64,000 nucleotides of DNA from Octopus sinensis (GCF_006345805.1 NC_043017.1:27776001-27840000), one strand, 5' to 3'; shown: positions 41,450-55,692, counted from the stretch's first letter. Notes: a model not told the origin generated them from the letters alone. Made by a program: numbers and translations.

Positions 41450-41780
41450 AAGTAGCAGCAGCAGCAGTATTACAGTATTAGTAGTAGTGGTGGTGGTGGT
41501 GGTAGTAGTAGTAGTGTCGATAGTGGTGGTAGTAGTAGTAGTAGTAGTGGCTGTAGTGGTGGTGGTGGTGGTAGAAGTAGTAGTAGTGTCGGTAGTGGTG
41601 GTGGTAGTAGTATTAGTAGAAGTTGGAGGAGGGAGTGCAGTATTGATGGTTGTGGTAACGGTTGTGGTGGTGTCTGATACATTTGTAGTGGTACTGGTAT
41701 TAGTTATGGTGGTGACGGTGATAGTGGTGTTTTGTCGTAGTAGGAGGAGGAGAGCAGGAGCAGCGGGGGAGAGGTGGTAG
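41450..41780. repeat. (GTG)n/(TAG)n trinucleotide block
   Basis: Direct reading; poly-V pseudo-ORF. Confidence 0.9.
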
Positions 41781-41965
41781 TGTAAGGCTGCAAAAGATAT
41801 TCGTCACAGGTTACAGAGATCTAAATTGTCTCAGCTTATATTATCCAGTTTCTCATTTATAAAAGAGCAGTGTGAGTTATGTCGAACCGTTAACTGTTAC
41901 ATATACAAACACACACACATATATATATGCGTGTGTGTGTGTGTGTGTGTGTGTATTTGTAGATA

Positions 41966-42169
41966 TATTTCTTTACTACCCACAAGGGGGCTAAACACAG
42001 AGGGGACAAAGAAGGGCAGACAAAGGGATTAATTCGATTAATTTATCGACCTCGAAAGGATGAAAGGCAAAGTCGACCTCGGCGCAATTTGAACTCAGAA
42101 CGTAACGACAGACAAATTACCGCTAAGCATTTCGCCCGGCGCGCTAACGTGTCTGCCAGCTCGCCAGCC
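41966..42169 (-). mobile_element. SINE family B with internal deletion
   Basis: Lacks the aagtaccagttacgcactggggtcgat segment present in other copies. Confidence 0.9.
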
Positions 42170-42261
42170 TTTCTGCTGTAGTAGTATATACTAATACTGA
42201 AGAAACGTAGTGTCATGTGTATGTGGATCTATCAGTTCTACGTTTGATAGAAATATTGGTG

Positions 42262-42582
42262 AAGATGCATGACTTGGTGGTTAGGGTATTCAGATCCTTA
42301 TTTTAAAGTCGCGATTTCGATTCCCTGTGACGCGTTTTGTCCTTGAGCAGGTCACTTCACATCGCATTGCGCCAGTCCTCTCAGCTGGCTAAAATGAGTT
42401 GAACATGTAACTGAAACAGCCAGCCTTGTCACATCCTGTGTCACGTAAAATCTCTTTGAGAACTACGTGAAAGATACACGAGTCTATACAGTGTTCAGGC
42501 ACTTGCAGATTAATTTCACGAGCAGGCTGAATCGTTGATCGGATGAACTGAAACCCCGATCGTCTTAACCGACGGAGAGCCA
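42262..42582 (+). mobile_element. SINE family D
   Basis: tggtggttagggt head, gtccttgagcaggtcacttc CORE-like stretch, cagccttgtcacatcctgtgtcacg module, taatttcacgagcaggctga tail. Confidence 0.8.
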
Positions 42583-43329
42583 CAAGTATAGATTGAAAAG
42601 ATTTTTAGTTACATGGCTTTACTTATTGTTTCTCTGTATCAATAACACCATTGTGCTTCTTTTAAAGCAGTTGCATTTAATTTCTTTTTAATTGTTATTT
42701 TTTCACATTGTCCCCACTCTCATTTTTTTGCTATTGTTTGTATCTTAATCCTGAATATGAACCTGTACTAAAGATTAACAGATCAATAATAATTCAAAGC
42801 CATTTAAAATATATCTATTTTGTTATATGCATTGTTTTTATATCTTGGGGATGGAGAAGCATTAAATATCTGTTGGAGTTTTTGTAAAAACGAATATCTT
42901 TATTATGATATATACAAAGAACGTGAGTGTCTCCTTGTACGTCTGTGTCTATGGGTAAAACCAGATATATTATGTATACACAAAAAAGACACAACAAAAG
43001 CAAATTTCATCAACAACAATCTCAGCAACAGCAACAACAAAACCATTGATCTTTAAATTCTCAATACATCAACGAATTTTTTTTTTCAACTTGAACGTAT
43101 CCCTATTATATCGATATCAAAGTCTTTCAATGGTGGACTTCAATACATACTAATGCACCAAGCAGCACTCAATATTATTGTTTTAATGCCAAAGTCCTTT
43201 TGTACGATTTTGCTTATTCTGTCTTATTATTCTGCTGTCCTAACATAGGAGTATGTAAAAATAGTGTTATTATTTTCTCTTGTCATTGTGTCATTTTCAT
43301 ATTAAAAGATAACTGAAAAAAAAAAACTA

Positions 43330-44398
43330 TACTAGTGATAATGATGATGATGATGAAGTGAAGGAGGATGAGGCGTATTGTTCGTGTTATTCATAATGCT
43401 GACAAGCTTAATAATAATAACAGTGATAATAATACTAACAATAGAAATGATAATAATAATAATGATAATAATAATAATAACAACTGAATATTCAATAATG
43501 CTTTCATGTTTTCTCGTATCTATTCTTTCAGTATCAATAAATACAAACAGTGATCACTCACTGGTCCATATCTGCATACACACGCGCATACAAATACACA
43601 CACAAAGACGTAGACATGCACACGCAAATATACACATTTATATGCACACACACACACATACACACACATGCGTGCGCACACAAGCAAGTAGACACGCACA
43701 GGCAAACATACATGTATTTATATTCACAAACATACATAGACACACACAGACACACCACACACATATATATACATGCATATATATAATATATATATATACA
43801 TCTATATATAATATATATAATATAATATATATACAGGTATTCATGCATCGAAATATATGTAGACACACATATATCCATATAACCATATAACATATATATA
43901 TATGTGTGTGTGTGTGTGTGTATATGGTGTATGTATATGTATATAAATGTATATATATATATATATATACATATATACATATGTGTGTGTATCATATATT
44001 ATATATATAACACATTTATATATACATATGTGTGTATCCATATATATATATACAATGTATATATATATATACATATACACATTTAATATATCTATATATG
44101 TGTATGTATATATTATATATATATATATTATATATATATATATATATACGTGGACACAGATAGGGATGGTTTAGAATGACGTAGAAATTCACAGAGCGCG
44201 ATGAAAGGAGCTCATACGAGTGAGATATACATATACAATTATAGCAATCAACCCAAGATCAATATCTCGTTCAGACTTACAAACAGTTTGTCAATAAAAC
44301 CCATTTATGACATATATGTTTTATACATAAGACAAACCTGTACATGCATACACGCACATGTAAGTGCTTGTTCATATATATATATATATATATATACA

Positions 44399-44436
<38 letters not shown>

Positions 44437-44646
44437 ATATATATATGGATTCATATATTTGCATGTGTGTGTATATATATATATATAATGCATCCATATA
44501 TTTGTATGTGAGTATATATATATATATCTATATATATATATATATGAATATATCTATATGCATCCATATATTTGCATGTGTATGTATGTATGTATATATA
44601 TATATATATATATGAATATATATATGCATCCATATATTTGCATGTG

Positions 44647-44687
<41 letters not shown>

Positions 44688-44790
44688 GTATATAAATATA
44701 TATATCACGTACATACATATTATGTGTATATATATATGGTATGTATATATATATATTATATGTATATATATATATATACACATGTAAAAT
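43330..44790. repeat. Compound AAT/CA/TA microsatellite field with a 4-copy atgcatccatatatttgcatgtg minisatellite (~44445-44650)
   Basis: Direct reading. Confidence 0.85.
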
Positions 44791-46384
44791 CAAAACGCAA
44801 ATTGAGATTGAGTATGTGCGGGAGGTTTTGGGCTACGTTCTCTAGCTTCCATTTAATGGCGTAAATAATGATAGGTTATTTTGAGGCTGTTGATGATATT
44901 ATTGAATTAAATACACCGGTGTTTATTTTAGAATGTAATAATATGCTTTTAGCTTCAACCCATGATACTTTATTTGTGGAAACCTCTCAAAGCCATTTCC
45001 ATGCAAACACTAATGCATAAAATAATTGGGTGTGTCTTGTATCTTTCATTCTAATCAGTGAAAGTTTTACAAATTATTGACTTCTTTACACTGATTCAAT
45101 ATTATGGACGATATTCTTCCAATTTCATCTCTTTATTGATTTATTATAAGACCAGCAATTTGAACAGAGCGGCAAAGTCGATTATATACATATGGACACA
45201 CATTTGTACGTGTGTGGGCTTGTGTGTATACATACATACATACATACATACATACATGCATATATATATATATATATATATGATTATGTATTACTTGAAC
45301 TGATTACATCATTTAATGAAAGTCGCAAATTGGATTTGGGAGAAGAATATGAGGTGGAGTATTTTGATACGATGGTTTATACTTTTGATTTATAAAGGCA
45401 GCCTCTATTGTCTGGACTGACCTTGTAGACAACAGGGGAAAATATAAATGCTTTAAATCACACTTTATTCTTTTAAAAATACGAAGGGCGTAGTTGTAAA
45501 ATGAAGTCCGATATAATTTATTGAGTTTGCTTGACAGGCATTGTGGTCCCTAGAGTAAGATATTCCATGATCAAGGTTAATTCGGAGTTAAACGAAGACA
45601 ATAACGGTTACTCGTCAACATGAATTGTTTTTCCGCATCTCTCTCACCAGTAAATTCACATTAAACTGATACTCAACTTCCCTTCAATCAATTCCTACAT
45701 GAAATATTTTAATTAATAAAACAAAAATGTTAACTGTTACTCCGGTGACGTCATGGATGTGCCTTAAGTTGCGTGTTTTACTCGTTGCATATACATATGT
45801 TTGTGTGTGTACGTGTATCCGCGTGCGTGTGCTTATGTGTGATTTCCTAAAGTGTGGAACATGCCAAAGAGCAGCCGAACGCAGTGCATTCATCATAATA
45901 GACATTTCAGCAGTGGTCATTATGTATTTTGTATGACATAGGATCTTCAACTTGTAAGATTGTAGGGCCTGCAAATGACTAGATTTAGGAGCTGCTTGTA
46001 GCAGGTCAGCTGATTAAGTGTTCTATGAATCGTTGGCTCAAGAAATCAATAATACGTGATATTAGATCGATAACACATATCTGAGTAGGAAGATATAGGG
46101 TATTATATAAACGCCAAATATTAACCGCTGTGTCATTCTACAGACCGAGGCGGGTAACTCTAAATTCAGAAGTAACGGGATTTGGATGTTGTTACTGATC
46201 AATTTGAGAAATAGTAGGCAGTTTCTATTAACATAAACGAGGGATTGAGATGTTATAATAACAGTACACTTGTGAAATGAGAAAATAGATTATCATAGTG
46301 AGTTGCAGAGATATTATAAAGTATATCGAAATAAAGGTGATGAGTACAATGATGGTGATGAGGTTATTATATGTACATACAAAC

Positions 46385-46434
<50 letters not shown>

Positions 46435-46444
46435 AAGGGGAAGG

Positions 46445-46895
46445 TTCCTTGTGTTGTATGTCTTGTACTCTTTTTTTCGTTGTTTAAGAAAACTGTCCAT
46501 TTCCTTGGTTTTGTGTTTTCGTTTCTCATTGTGTTCGACGTTTTTTTTTTTTGGTTACCCATATATGCTTGTATATATAAATGTAGAGGTAGGTACGTAC
46601 ATATATGTATGTATATATGCATATGTTTTATTTATTATTTTGTCATATATATATATATATATAATATGAAACCATGGCGACTGAAGAAGAGGAATTTTCC
46701 TTGTGTTATATGCCTTGTACTCTATTTTTCGTTCTTTAAGAAAAATGTCCAGTTCCTTGGTTTTGTGTTTGTTTTCGTTTCTCATTGTGTTCGACGTTTT
46801 TTTGGTGTCCTGTACCTATATATGCATGTATATATACATATAGATGTAGGTACGTACATATATGTATGTATATATGCATATGTTTTATTATTTTG

Positions 46896-46926
<31 letters not shown>
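46445..46926. repeat. Local tandem duplication, period ~252 bp
   Basis: ttccttgtgtt...cttgtactc...ttccttggttttgtgttt...tctcattgtgttcgacgtttt...gtaggtacgtacatatatg occurs from 46445 and from 46697. Confidence 0.9.
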
Positions 46927-46929
<3 letters not shown>

Positions 46930-47349
46930 GTTATTATATATAGAAGGTGGGCATCTATTTGCAGTGTAGTAAATAGTGAAAAAATAGGCATGTAACTATG
47001 AATATAGTGTGTAATACACATGTAGGTGTGTATATGTTTGTGTGTTTGTGTAGGGGATTGTTTTGCAGAAACTGTTCCGAAAAAGAAAACCAACCAAATT
47101 GGTTGAAGTCACAGCGGGAAGTAAAATATAAGGATGAAGAAAAGAAAAATAAAGATATTTACAATAGGAAAAAAACAATGATAAGAACCAATATGGAAGA
47201 TGATGTGGTGGGGGAATCATAGAGGATGTGTCAATGGAAGAAAAATAAATAGTGAATGCAACGGCGAGAGACATACTCGATGTTTATTAATGCATGCGAT
47301 GCTTGAAATTAACCCTTCCGTATATAACAACATTGTTGTTCTACAAAAC

Positions 47350-47700
47350 GATCATAATAATAATAATAATAGTAATAATGATAATAATAATAACAATAGT
47401 AATAATGATAATAATATTAATAGTAATAATAATAATAATAACAATAGTAATATTAATAATAACAATAGTAATAATAATAATAATAGTATAATAACAATAG
47501 TAATATTAATAATAACAATAGTAATAATAATAATAATAATAGTAATAATATCAATAGTAATAATAACAACAATAATAATAAGAACAATAGTAATAAGAAG
47601 AAGAAAAAGAAGAGCAACAGCAAAAAAAAAAAAAAAACAACGGCAACGACACCAAAACGACAGCAATAATACTAATAATAAGAATGATGATGATGAGGAG
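47350..47700. repeat. (AAT)n/(AAC)n block
   Basis: Direct reading. Confidence 0.9.
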
Positions 47701-47744
47701 GACGAAGTCGACGATCATGGCAATATCGTTTCCGTACCTTTTTG

Positions 47745-47895
47745 CTTTGAGTTCAAATCCAGGCGAGGTTTTAGTTTTGGTTTTTAATACTTTCGGGGAC
47801 GTTAACATAAATAAATACCAGTTGAACATTTTGGTCGAACTAATCTATTTATCTCCTCCACCTAAATTGCTAGACCTGTACCGAAATTTTAAATT
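47745..47895 (+). mobile_element. Highly decayed SINE-B' fragment
   Basis: tgagttcaaatccaggcgagg...tttcgggg...aataccagttgaaca...cctaaattgctagacctgtaccgaaattt. Confidence 0.6.
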
Positions 47896-48095
47896 ATTGT
47901 TTATCATTATTTTTATTATTGTTGTTGAGGTAGTGGTGGTGGTTTTGGTGGTGGTGCTGGTGGCGGCGACGGTGGTCGTTGTTGCTATTGTGGTGATGGT
48001 GATAGTAGTAGTGGTGGTGATTGTGTTTTGTCAATAAATAAATTTTTATGCGAAATTTGTTTTATTGCTTCATGCACATAAAGTACATACACAAC

Positions 48096-48482
48096 CAATG
48101 ACAAATCACACACACACACACACACATGTATGTGTATATGTGTGTGTATATGTTGACATAGTCATATATTTGCTTATACATACATGCCGGTATATCTACA
48201 CACACATCTACAAATATATCCATACACAAACAATGACAAATCACACAGACACACATGTATGTGTATATGTGTGTGGTGTGTATATGTTGACATATTCATA
48301 TACTTGCTTATACATACATGCCCGCTGTGTATATCTACACACATACCCACAAATCACACAGACACACACATGTATGTGTATATTTGTGTGTATATATTGA
48401 CATATTCATATATTTACTTATACATACATGACTGCTGTGTATATCTACACACATGCCCACAAATATATCCATACACATGTAT
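48096..48482. repeat. Three-copy ~117-135-bp minisatellite
   Basis: acaaatcacac...gttgacatattcatata...cttatacatacatg...tatatctacacaca repeated from ~48096, 48231 and 48348. Confidence 0.88.
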
Positions 48483-49477
48483 GAATATATATGTTTAAAT
48501 ATATGTGTGTATGTGTGCATCATATGTATTTGTTCTCGTGAGTGCACTTGCATGAAATTTCATTAAACTTAAAGTATATAAAATTTAGAGCAACCACAAT
48601 CAAATCAAGCCGAACGTGGTAAACAGGCTATAGAAACAAACAAAAACAAGAACAACAACTTCAGCAACAACCACAGCAAGTGCAACAACCACAAAGATAC
48701 AAACAAACAAAAATTTGCAAATATCTTCGCTGCATAAATGTCTGTTATAAAGACGCTATGGATGGAGAAAGCACGTACTGTTTATTGAATTGTATCAGAT
48801 TAATTTCAATTCCGCTAAACCATAACGAACCCTTAAAAATATTGTACTTGGAGGATCTTGTTCCAGTTTTGCTACTCGGTCTTTCAGTTCGTGTTAATGC
48901 GCATGTCGATCGTGCTTCCTATCTGACAAAATTTTAAATGATTTTAATTTTCTTTATATTTTTTTCTTTCTTTTGTTGCTGTTTTATCCTCTTTTTTTTG
49001 TTGTTGTTGTTGTTGCTCTTTTGCATTCCGATGTTGTAATTGTTGTTGTTTTACCCCTCGGTGACCTCAGCTCCTAGAGGTCTTTCTGCGTTAATGAAGA
49101 TATGAATGTATGAGACTGGCTGACTAATATCCACTACTACTACTACTACTACTATACTACTACTACTACTACTACTATACTCTTACTACTACTACTACTA
49201 TTAATACAACTACTACTACTATTACAACAACTACTACTAATATTACTACAACTACTACTATTACTACTACTATACTACAATGGTTTTCGGTAAGAAGGGA
49301 TATGCAATGTGTAGTTATGAGATAGCAACAAAACCTCCGAACAATCATATTACACCATCCCACAAAACAACACGTGGGACTGGGTTTGGTGGGAAAAATG
49401 AAAATTTGAGACAGGATGGTCCCGGGCGGAATATATCATTGAATATATTTCTGCTCTGTTAATATTGGTTTGATTCA

Positions 49478-49870
49478 AGGCGGTAAGCTGGCAGAAATGT
49501 TAGCACGCCGGGCGAAATGCTAAGCGGTATTTCGTCTGCCGCTCCGTTCTGAGTTCAAATTCTGCCGAGGTCGACTTTGCCTTTCATCCTTTCGGGGTCG
49601 ATTAAATAAGTACCTGTTACACACTGGGGTCGGTATAATCGACTCAATCCATGTGTCTGTCCTTGTTTGTCCTCTCTGTGTTTAGCCCCTTATGGGTAGT
49701 AAAGAAATATGTATTTCGTCTGTCTTTACGTTCTGCATTCAAATTCCGCCATTATCCTTTCATCCTTTCAGGATCGATAAATTAAGTACCAGAGGCGTAC
49801 TGGGGTCGATCTAATCGACTGTTCCCCCTCTCCAACAATTTCGGACCTTGTGCCTAGATTAGAAATGAAT
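49478..49870 (+). mobile_element. SINE B/B' heterodimer
   Basis: Full B unit, junction aaagaaata|tgtatttcgtc at 49709/49710, second unit ends in the B'-type tail (ccccctctccaacaatttcggaccttgtgcctag). Confidence 0.9.
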
Positions 49871-49970
49871 ATTTGTTTAACTCTAAGCAACAGCAGAGGA
49901 TACACACATAGGAATATAATATATACAGACTGTGATTTACACTACCATTATACATACACTTCTTTAATAT

Positions 49971-50015
<45 letters not shown>

Positions 50016-50085
50016 CACTTCAACATATATGTATGGAGATATATTTATGCATACATATGTGTCTGTGTCTGTGAGTATGCATGAA

Positions 50086-50130
<45 letters not shown>

Positions 50131-51040
50131 GCGTATGTATATATAATATATATTATATAATATATATATATATATATGCATGAATAAACACTCACACACA
50201 TGTATGTTCGGTATGTGTGACTGTGTATATGTATGACTGTGATGCTATAACTGGCTGTGGTACTCCGTCTTACTCAAAATGCATTATACAAAACAAGGCA
50301 TATAAAACAAACAGGCAATAAACTCTAAGAGATCTAGTGCCAAATGTAAACAAATAATAACAAGATAAAGAAAGATATCATTAAAGATATAACTGACAGC
50401 AGGATGAGATGCACACACGAATAAGAGCTACGCTTCAAGAAAACAAATATAAAAATACATAACTATTTTCTCAACCGTTTCAATTTAGATAGGTGAGGGT
50501 AAATCACTGCTGTTATAGAAATCATAGGAGTTAAGACTCGTGCTTAAGACAAGGTCATACTACTTAAATCTATTAAGATGTTTGATTGAAAAGGAAAGAC
50601 GTGTGTGGGTGTAAGACTTTTTACATCAATCCATATTGGAATGTTTTGTCAGTGAAGTGAATTGTAAGGAAACAATTGAAGTCAGTTTGTTCAATATTGG
50701 TTCCGTATCCTGCTTCACAGCTTTTCCCACATCTAGAATTTTGGAATTACCATCATTCCTTCCTGCAAATTTTCATTGTGTGTGTATGTGTGTGCGGGTT
50801 TTGCAACATCTCAACAGAACAATTGGTATTTTACAGAGTCGAGTAGTGTTGTCTATAGCTGCTTTAATGATCGTGTATTAGAAATAAAAGAGAAACGTAA
50901 ATAAAACTAAGCATTAGCTGGCTTGGTTGTAGGAAAAGCTAATGGAGGGGATACTAGTTACAAAAGAATAATAGACTTCGTATGTGTATATATATATATA
51001 TTTTTTTTTTCGACCTTGCCTTTCATCCTTTAAAAAAGAG

Positions 51041-51345
51041 TGGAGGCGCAATGGCCCTGTGGTTAAGGCAGCGGATCCGCGATCGTAGGATCGAGGTTTC
51101 GATTCCTAGACCGGGCGCTGTGAGTGTTTATTGAGCGAAAACACCTAAAGCTCCACTAGGCTCCGGCAGCGGGGTGGGTGGCGATCCCTGCTGTACTCTT
51201 TCGCCGCAACTTCCTCTTACTCATTTTTTCTGTTGGCCTGCTCGCTTAGCCAGCGGGGTGGCATCATTTGAAGGCGAAAACAATGCGAAGCGCATTTTGA
51301 CCAGCGATGTGTTGCAACATCTGATAGCCTGGTCGGTCATGTGAT
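51041..51345 (+). mobile_element. SINE family C head with tail type 2
   Basis: tggaggcgcaatggccctgtggttaaggc head; tail ggcctgctcgcttagccagcggggtgg...gatagcctggtcggtcatgtga. Confidence 0.88.
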
Positions 51346-51376
<31 letters not shown>

Positions 51377-51464
51377 GCTTACATACATGCATGCATATAT
51401 ATATATGTATACACACACACACACTCACCCCCCCATATATATATATATATATATATAGCCGGAT

Positions 51465-51610
51465 TATTTCAGTAACCCTCTACCAATTCCTCTTAAATGG
51501 TTTTAGTCAGTCCGAAGGTATAGTAGAAGACACTTGCCTTAAAGTGCCACGCATTGGGACAGAACTTGAAGCCATATGGTGGGGATGTAAACTTCTCGCC
51601 ACAACAAGGA
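51465..51610 (-). mobile_element. 5' half of a diverged SINE family A copy
   Basis: tatagtagaagacacttgcct..aagtgccacgcattgggac. Confidence 0.7.
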
Positions 51611-52207
51611 CGGACATTTTGTTTTTGTTTGAGTGGCGGATTTGTGTCTTATATATACCATAAAATACGTTGAATTCTCCCCTTTATATTAGTCATCACG
51701 AAGTACAACCAGTAAATGCCTGCTGAGCCATACCTAATAGGCCGGGCATATTTTCGCACAAAGTCCAAAGGCTAGTTTGAACCACGAAACGTGCATCTAA
51801 ATGATCATTTGGAAACATAACCATAAACCATGCGACAGATCAAGGAAGTAGTCAAATCATTTTCTTTGCTGTGTCACACTTTCTCTACTTCTTTATAGTA
51901 AGCGACCAATTGGGTGTTAACTAAATTAGAATGCGTACTGTCGAGCAATCACCAGATTTTATCTTTGATTTGTATTGTTTTATGTATCGCTGTCTTAATT
52001 ATTTACATTTCAAATCCCATAAATAAAGGCAATAGCTTCTCAATTGGTGATCAGATATCTCTGTCAATGATTACGCCATTGTATTAACAATACGTGTTGA
52101 AGATTAGTAACTTACAACTCTACTTCAATTCAAATTTATTTGCGAAATTTGCGCTGAAATATACATAAGAACACACGAGCACCAATATATACACAGAGGG
52201 AGAACTT

Positions 52208-52242
<35 letters not shown>

Positions 52243-52394
52243 CATACATAAAGATACATACATACATACACACACATAGATACACATAAGCATATATATA
52301 GTGAGAGACAGGGAACTGTGTGTAAATTATGTGCGTATGTGTATTATTATGAATATATGCTTTAATCTATGAATATGTATAATATATATATATA

Positions 52395-52468
<74 letters not shown>

Positions 52469-53205
52469 ACACATGTATATTTATATGTATGTATGTATGT
52501 ATATAACACATAACGGGGCACTAACGGTAATAGCTGTCTAACTTCCACAAATAGGGGTTGAATTTCATAGCTGAGGTCAGAGAATGATATGTTTAATAGC
52601 GCCAATGTTGATGGATGTTAAATAGCGTCTTACCGAAATTACTTGAACGTCAGAAGAGAATGCGAAATAGTTTACAAATGTGGTCAACGTATGCGTGCGA
52701 TAAAGCAACTCATAAAACCCCAACTATTGATTTATTTACCGAATAGTCCTTGTGTTCCTAGAGTTTTAAAGCATAATTTATTTTCCTTTTTGTTTTTCTT
52801 TTACTGTCTGGTTGCTGGTGTTGCTCAGCCATAGGTCGACGAATAGAGCAGACATTTCATCAAGTGAATTATGGATAGACAGTTCGCTCTTTTGAACAAA
52901 GATCTAACGCGATTTAATCCAGAGATTCTTTCTTAAAATGTTGGTTTGTTTCATGAAATATTTGCTGCTATTTCTAAGACCCTGAATAACTACATACAGG
53001 AATATCCCTTGTTTCCTAATGATGCTAGTATTTCTTATTTCATGTTCATCAAGTAAGTAGATCTGCAAAATCAGAAGAACCTACGCGCTCTGCATTACGT
53101 GATACTCTCAGACCAAGGTTTCTGGATTGTTACACAGCCTCAGTATCAACTAATCACCGGCGAGTGATTATATATATATATAATATATATACTTTAAAAT
53201 TTTTT

Positions 53206-53500
53206 AGGCCACGGTCATGCTGGGGCACCACCGTTGAATGAGCTACACTAATATGTCAATCCACCTCTGATACGTGGCACTTGGTCAACAAGGGATTTCG
53301 ATGCTGGTGCCCGCATCTGTATCTCCTGTCGTGAGGTAGGTTCATCTGAGACACCCGACAAGAAGAGATCCAGTTTAGCTTTAAAGAAACCCACATCCAC
53401 ACCATGCAAGTTTCTCAGGCATTTAGGGAGGATCTTAAAGATCTGTGGTTCTCTGAAACCCAAGCTGTTGCTGTAGCTGGTCCTGTATTTTGATGGTGAA
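53206..53500 (-). mobile_element. 5'-truncated CR1-type LINE: ORF2 C-terminus plus 3' UTR
   Basis: Minus frame reads SPSKYRTSYSNSLGFREPQIFKILPKCLRNLHGVDVGFFKAKLDLFLSGVSDEPT...SLVDQ; the pattern GxxxFNxLPxxLR...FKxKLDxFL is the recognisable end of CR1/L2-group ORF2. Confidence 0.8.
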
Positions 53501-54099
53501 TATATATATCAGTACCTTGTTCTTTGCTTTTCCGGTCGCTATGACAATTTCCCTCCTATTGTGTGCAAAAGAGGATGATAATGATATTATCATTATTATT
53601 ATTATTATCGTCGTCGTCGTCGGCGTCGTCGGCGTCGGCGTCGTCGGCGTCGTTGTTGTTGTTGTTGTTAATATTAAGTTTGCGCATATGTGTGTATCTC
53701 CGTATGTTTATATAAGCAAATAATCATTGCCTGATTATATATTTACATATGTATGTATGCGTGTAAACACTTAAGAACATGTATATATACAGTCAATTAT
53801 GTATAAATGTCTAATGTAGCTGAAAACAACACCGTATGGGGGAGCGCATTGTCGATATTATTGATCCTTCTGCTCAAATGGTCCTTATTTCATCGACCCT
53901 GACTTGATGAAAATAAAAAAAAAATAATTGATTTAAGCAAAGCTCATAACATAACGCCAGAAAACACAAAGCCCATATATATATTAATTGCATGCGTACA
54001 TAAAATATTTTATGTGCATGAAGTTAAGCGAATGTGTGTTCTTTCTCTATAAAGGAAGACAGCAATTAAAATAAATTATTACAAAACTGGGGCGGAGGG

Positions 54100-54605
54100 A
54101 GCATAAATTATGCGTGTGTGTTTCTGTGTTTGTCTATGTGTGTGTTTCAATGTGTGTGCACGTAAGAGTGTATGCATGTCTGTAAATATCTATGTATATA
54201 TATATATGTATGTGTGTATGTATGTGTGTATGTATATATGTATGCGTGTGTGTATATATGTATATGTGTGTGTATATATATGCATATATATATGTGTGTA
54301 TATATGTGTATATATATGTGTGTGTATATATGTGTATATATATGTGTATATATGCATATATATATGTGTGTGTGTGTATATATATATATATGTGTGTGTG
54401 TATATATATGTATATATGTGTGTGTGCATATATATATATGGTGTGTGTGTGTGTATATATGTGTGTATATATATGTATATATGTGTGTGTGTATATATGT
54501 ATATATATGTGTATATGTATGTGTATATGTATGTATGTATATATGTATGTATATATGTATGTGTATATGTATGTGTATATGTATGTGTATATGTATGTGT
54601 ATATG

Positions 54606-54637
<32 letters not shown>

Positions 54638-54650
54638 TATATAAAATAAA
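54100..54650. repeat. (TATG)/(TG)/(TA) compound microsatellite
   Basis: Direct reading. Confidence 0.92.
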
Positions 54651-55659
54651 AGATGAGTAACGATAATAGAAGCGCATTCATACAATGTTATACACACCGT
54701 AAATACGCAGCATAAAAACGGTGCTTTCATTGTTATCCGCAATCATTAAAGTTTATGTTATAATTCATTCTTATCTTCTACCTCAAATTAGACGTTGAGT
54801 GCTTTTCTTGTATTGTATGTAGAGGAGCATAAAGTAAGGAAGTCTATTCGCAGCAGAATGATTTACTGTCCTAAACGAAATCTAGGTCACAAAATGCACA
54901 CTGGCTTTGCAAATAAATATACTGATCCTTGCATTGTAATTATTGAAAGTTGTTTGTTGCGGTTCCTTAACGATTAGGTGCACGAAAGCAATGTAATTTC
55001 GCCAGAAACGACATATAATAAATATGTACTTTGTCGAAACCGTTCTTGGAGATCAGCTGGGTTGTGTGGTGCTGGTACGTAGCATATTATGTACACGTGT
55101 CTGTGAGATTCTCTGAGTATATGTGAGAATATTTTTGTTCGTCGGATGTTCAACAATGCCTACAATTACCGGTGTTTTCATTTCAGTTATCTTCTACTAA
55201 TTGCATCCTTTCATGTACGCCCGTTTCTCACTCTTTTACAATAAACCTACTCGCATACATGTACCTACGCTACCGGACGTACACACACAAAAGTCGAACG
55301 CTTAAATTCGAATGTTCACCAGCGAAAGTGTTGGAAAGAAACACATACATACAAACTGATGTATCTACATATACTTACACAATTAGATCGAGATACAAGC
55401 ATGCACACACAACACACACACACAGAGTCAATGACGCACACACACACACATACAAACACATGCACACATGAGCACGCGTAAAGAGAATCACTCACTCGCA
55501 CATATAACGCTTGTTTTAGTTTTTATTATTTTTTCAATAGTTTCTGCTGCAAGATTATGGTCATGGAAAGACGTAGTTTCCGTTATATTTGGGACAGAAT
55601 AATGGAAATCAATCGTTAAGGTCAATCAATTTGACATTGTATTTGTTCATCGTTTGGCA

Positions 55660-55692
55660 ATTGTTTCATTTATATACATACATATGTTTATT

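Noticed and set aside
46680-46752. ctgaagaagagg...gaaaaatgtc as a hammerhead
   Set aside because: No stem II closing pair next to GAAA and no stem I complementarity
51041-51115. tRNA-like sequences at SINE heads (also 20548, 57265, 59394, 17036) as tRNA genes
   Set aside because: They have A/B-box-like motifs but run directly into repeat bodies, vary between copies and do not form a complete acceptor stem
53101-53147. Minus-strand gata-CTGA-GG...GAAA-CCTTGG-TC-tgagagtatc as a hammerhead
   Set aside because: Core lacks one TGA, stem II is mostly mispaired and proximal stem I does not form; at most a fossil
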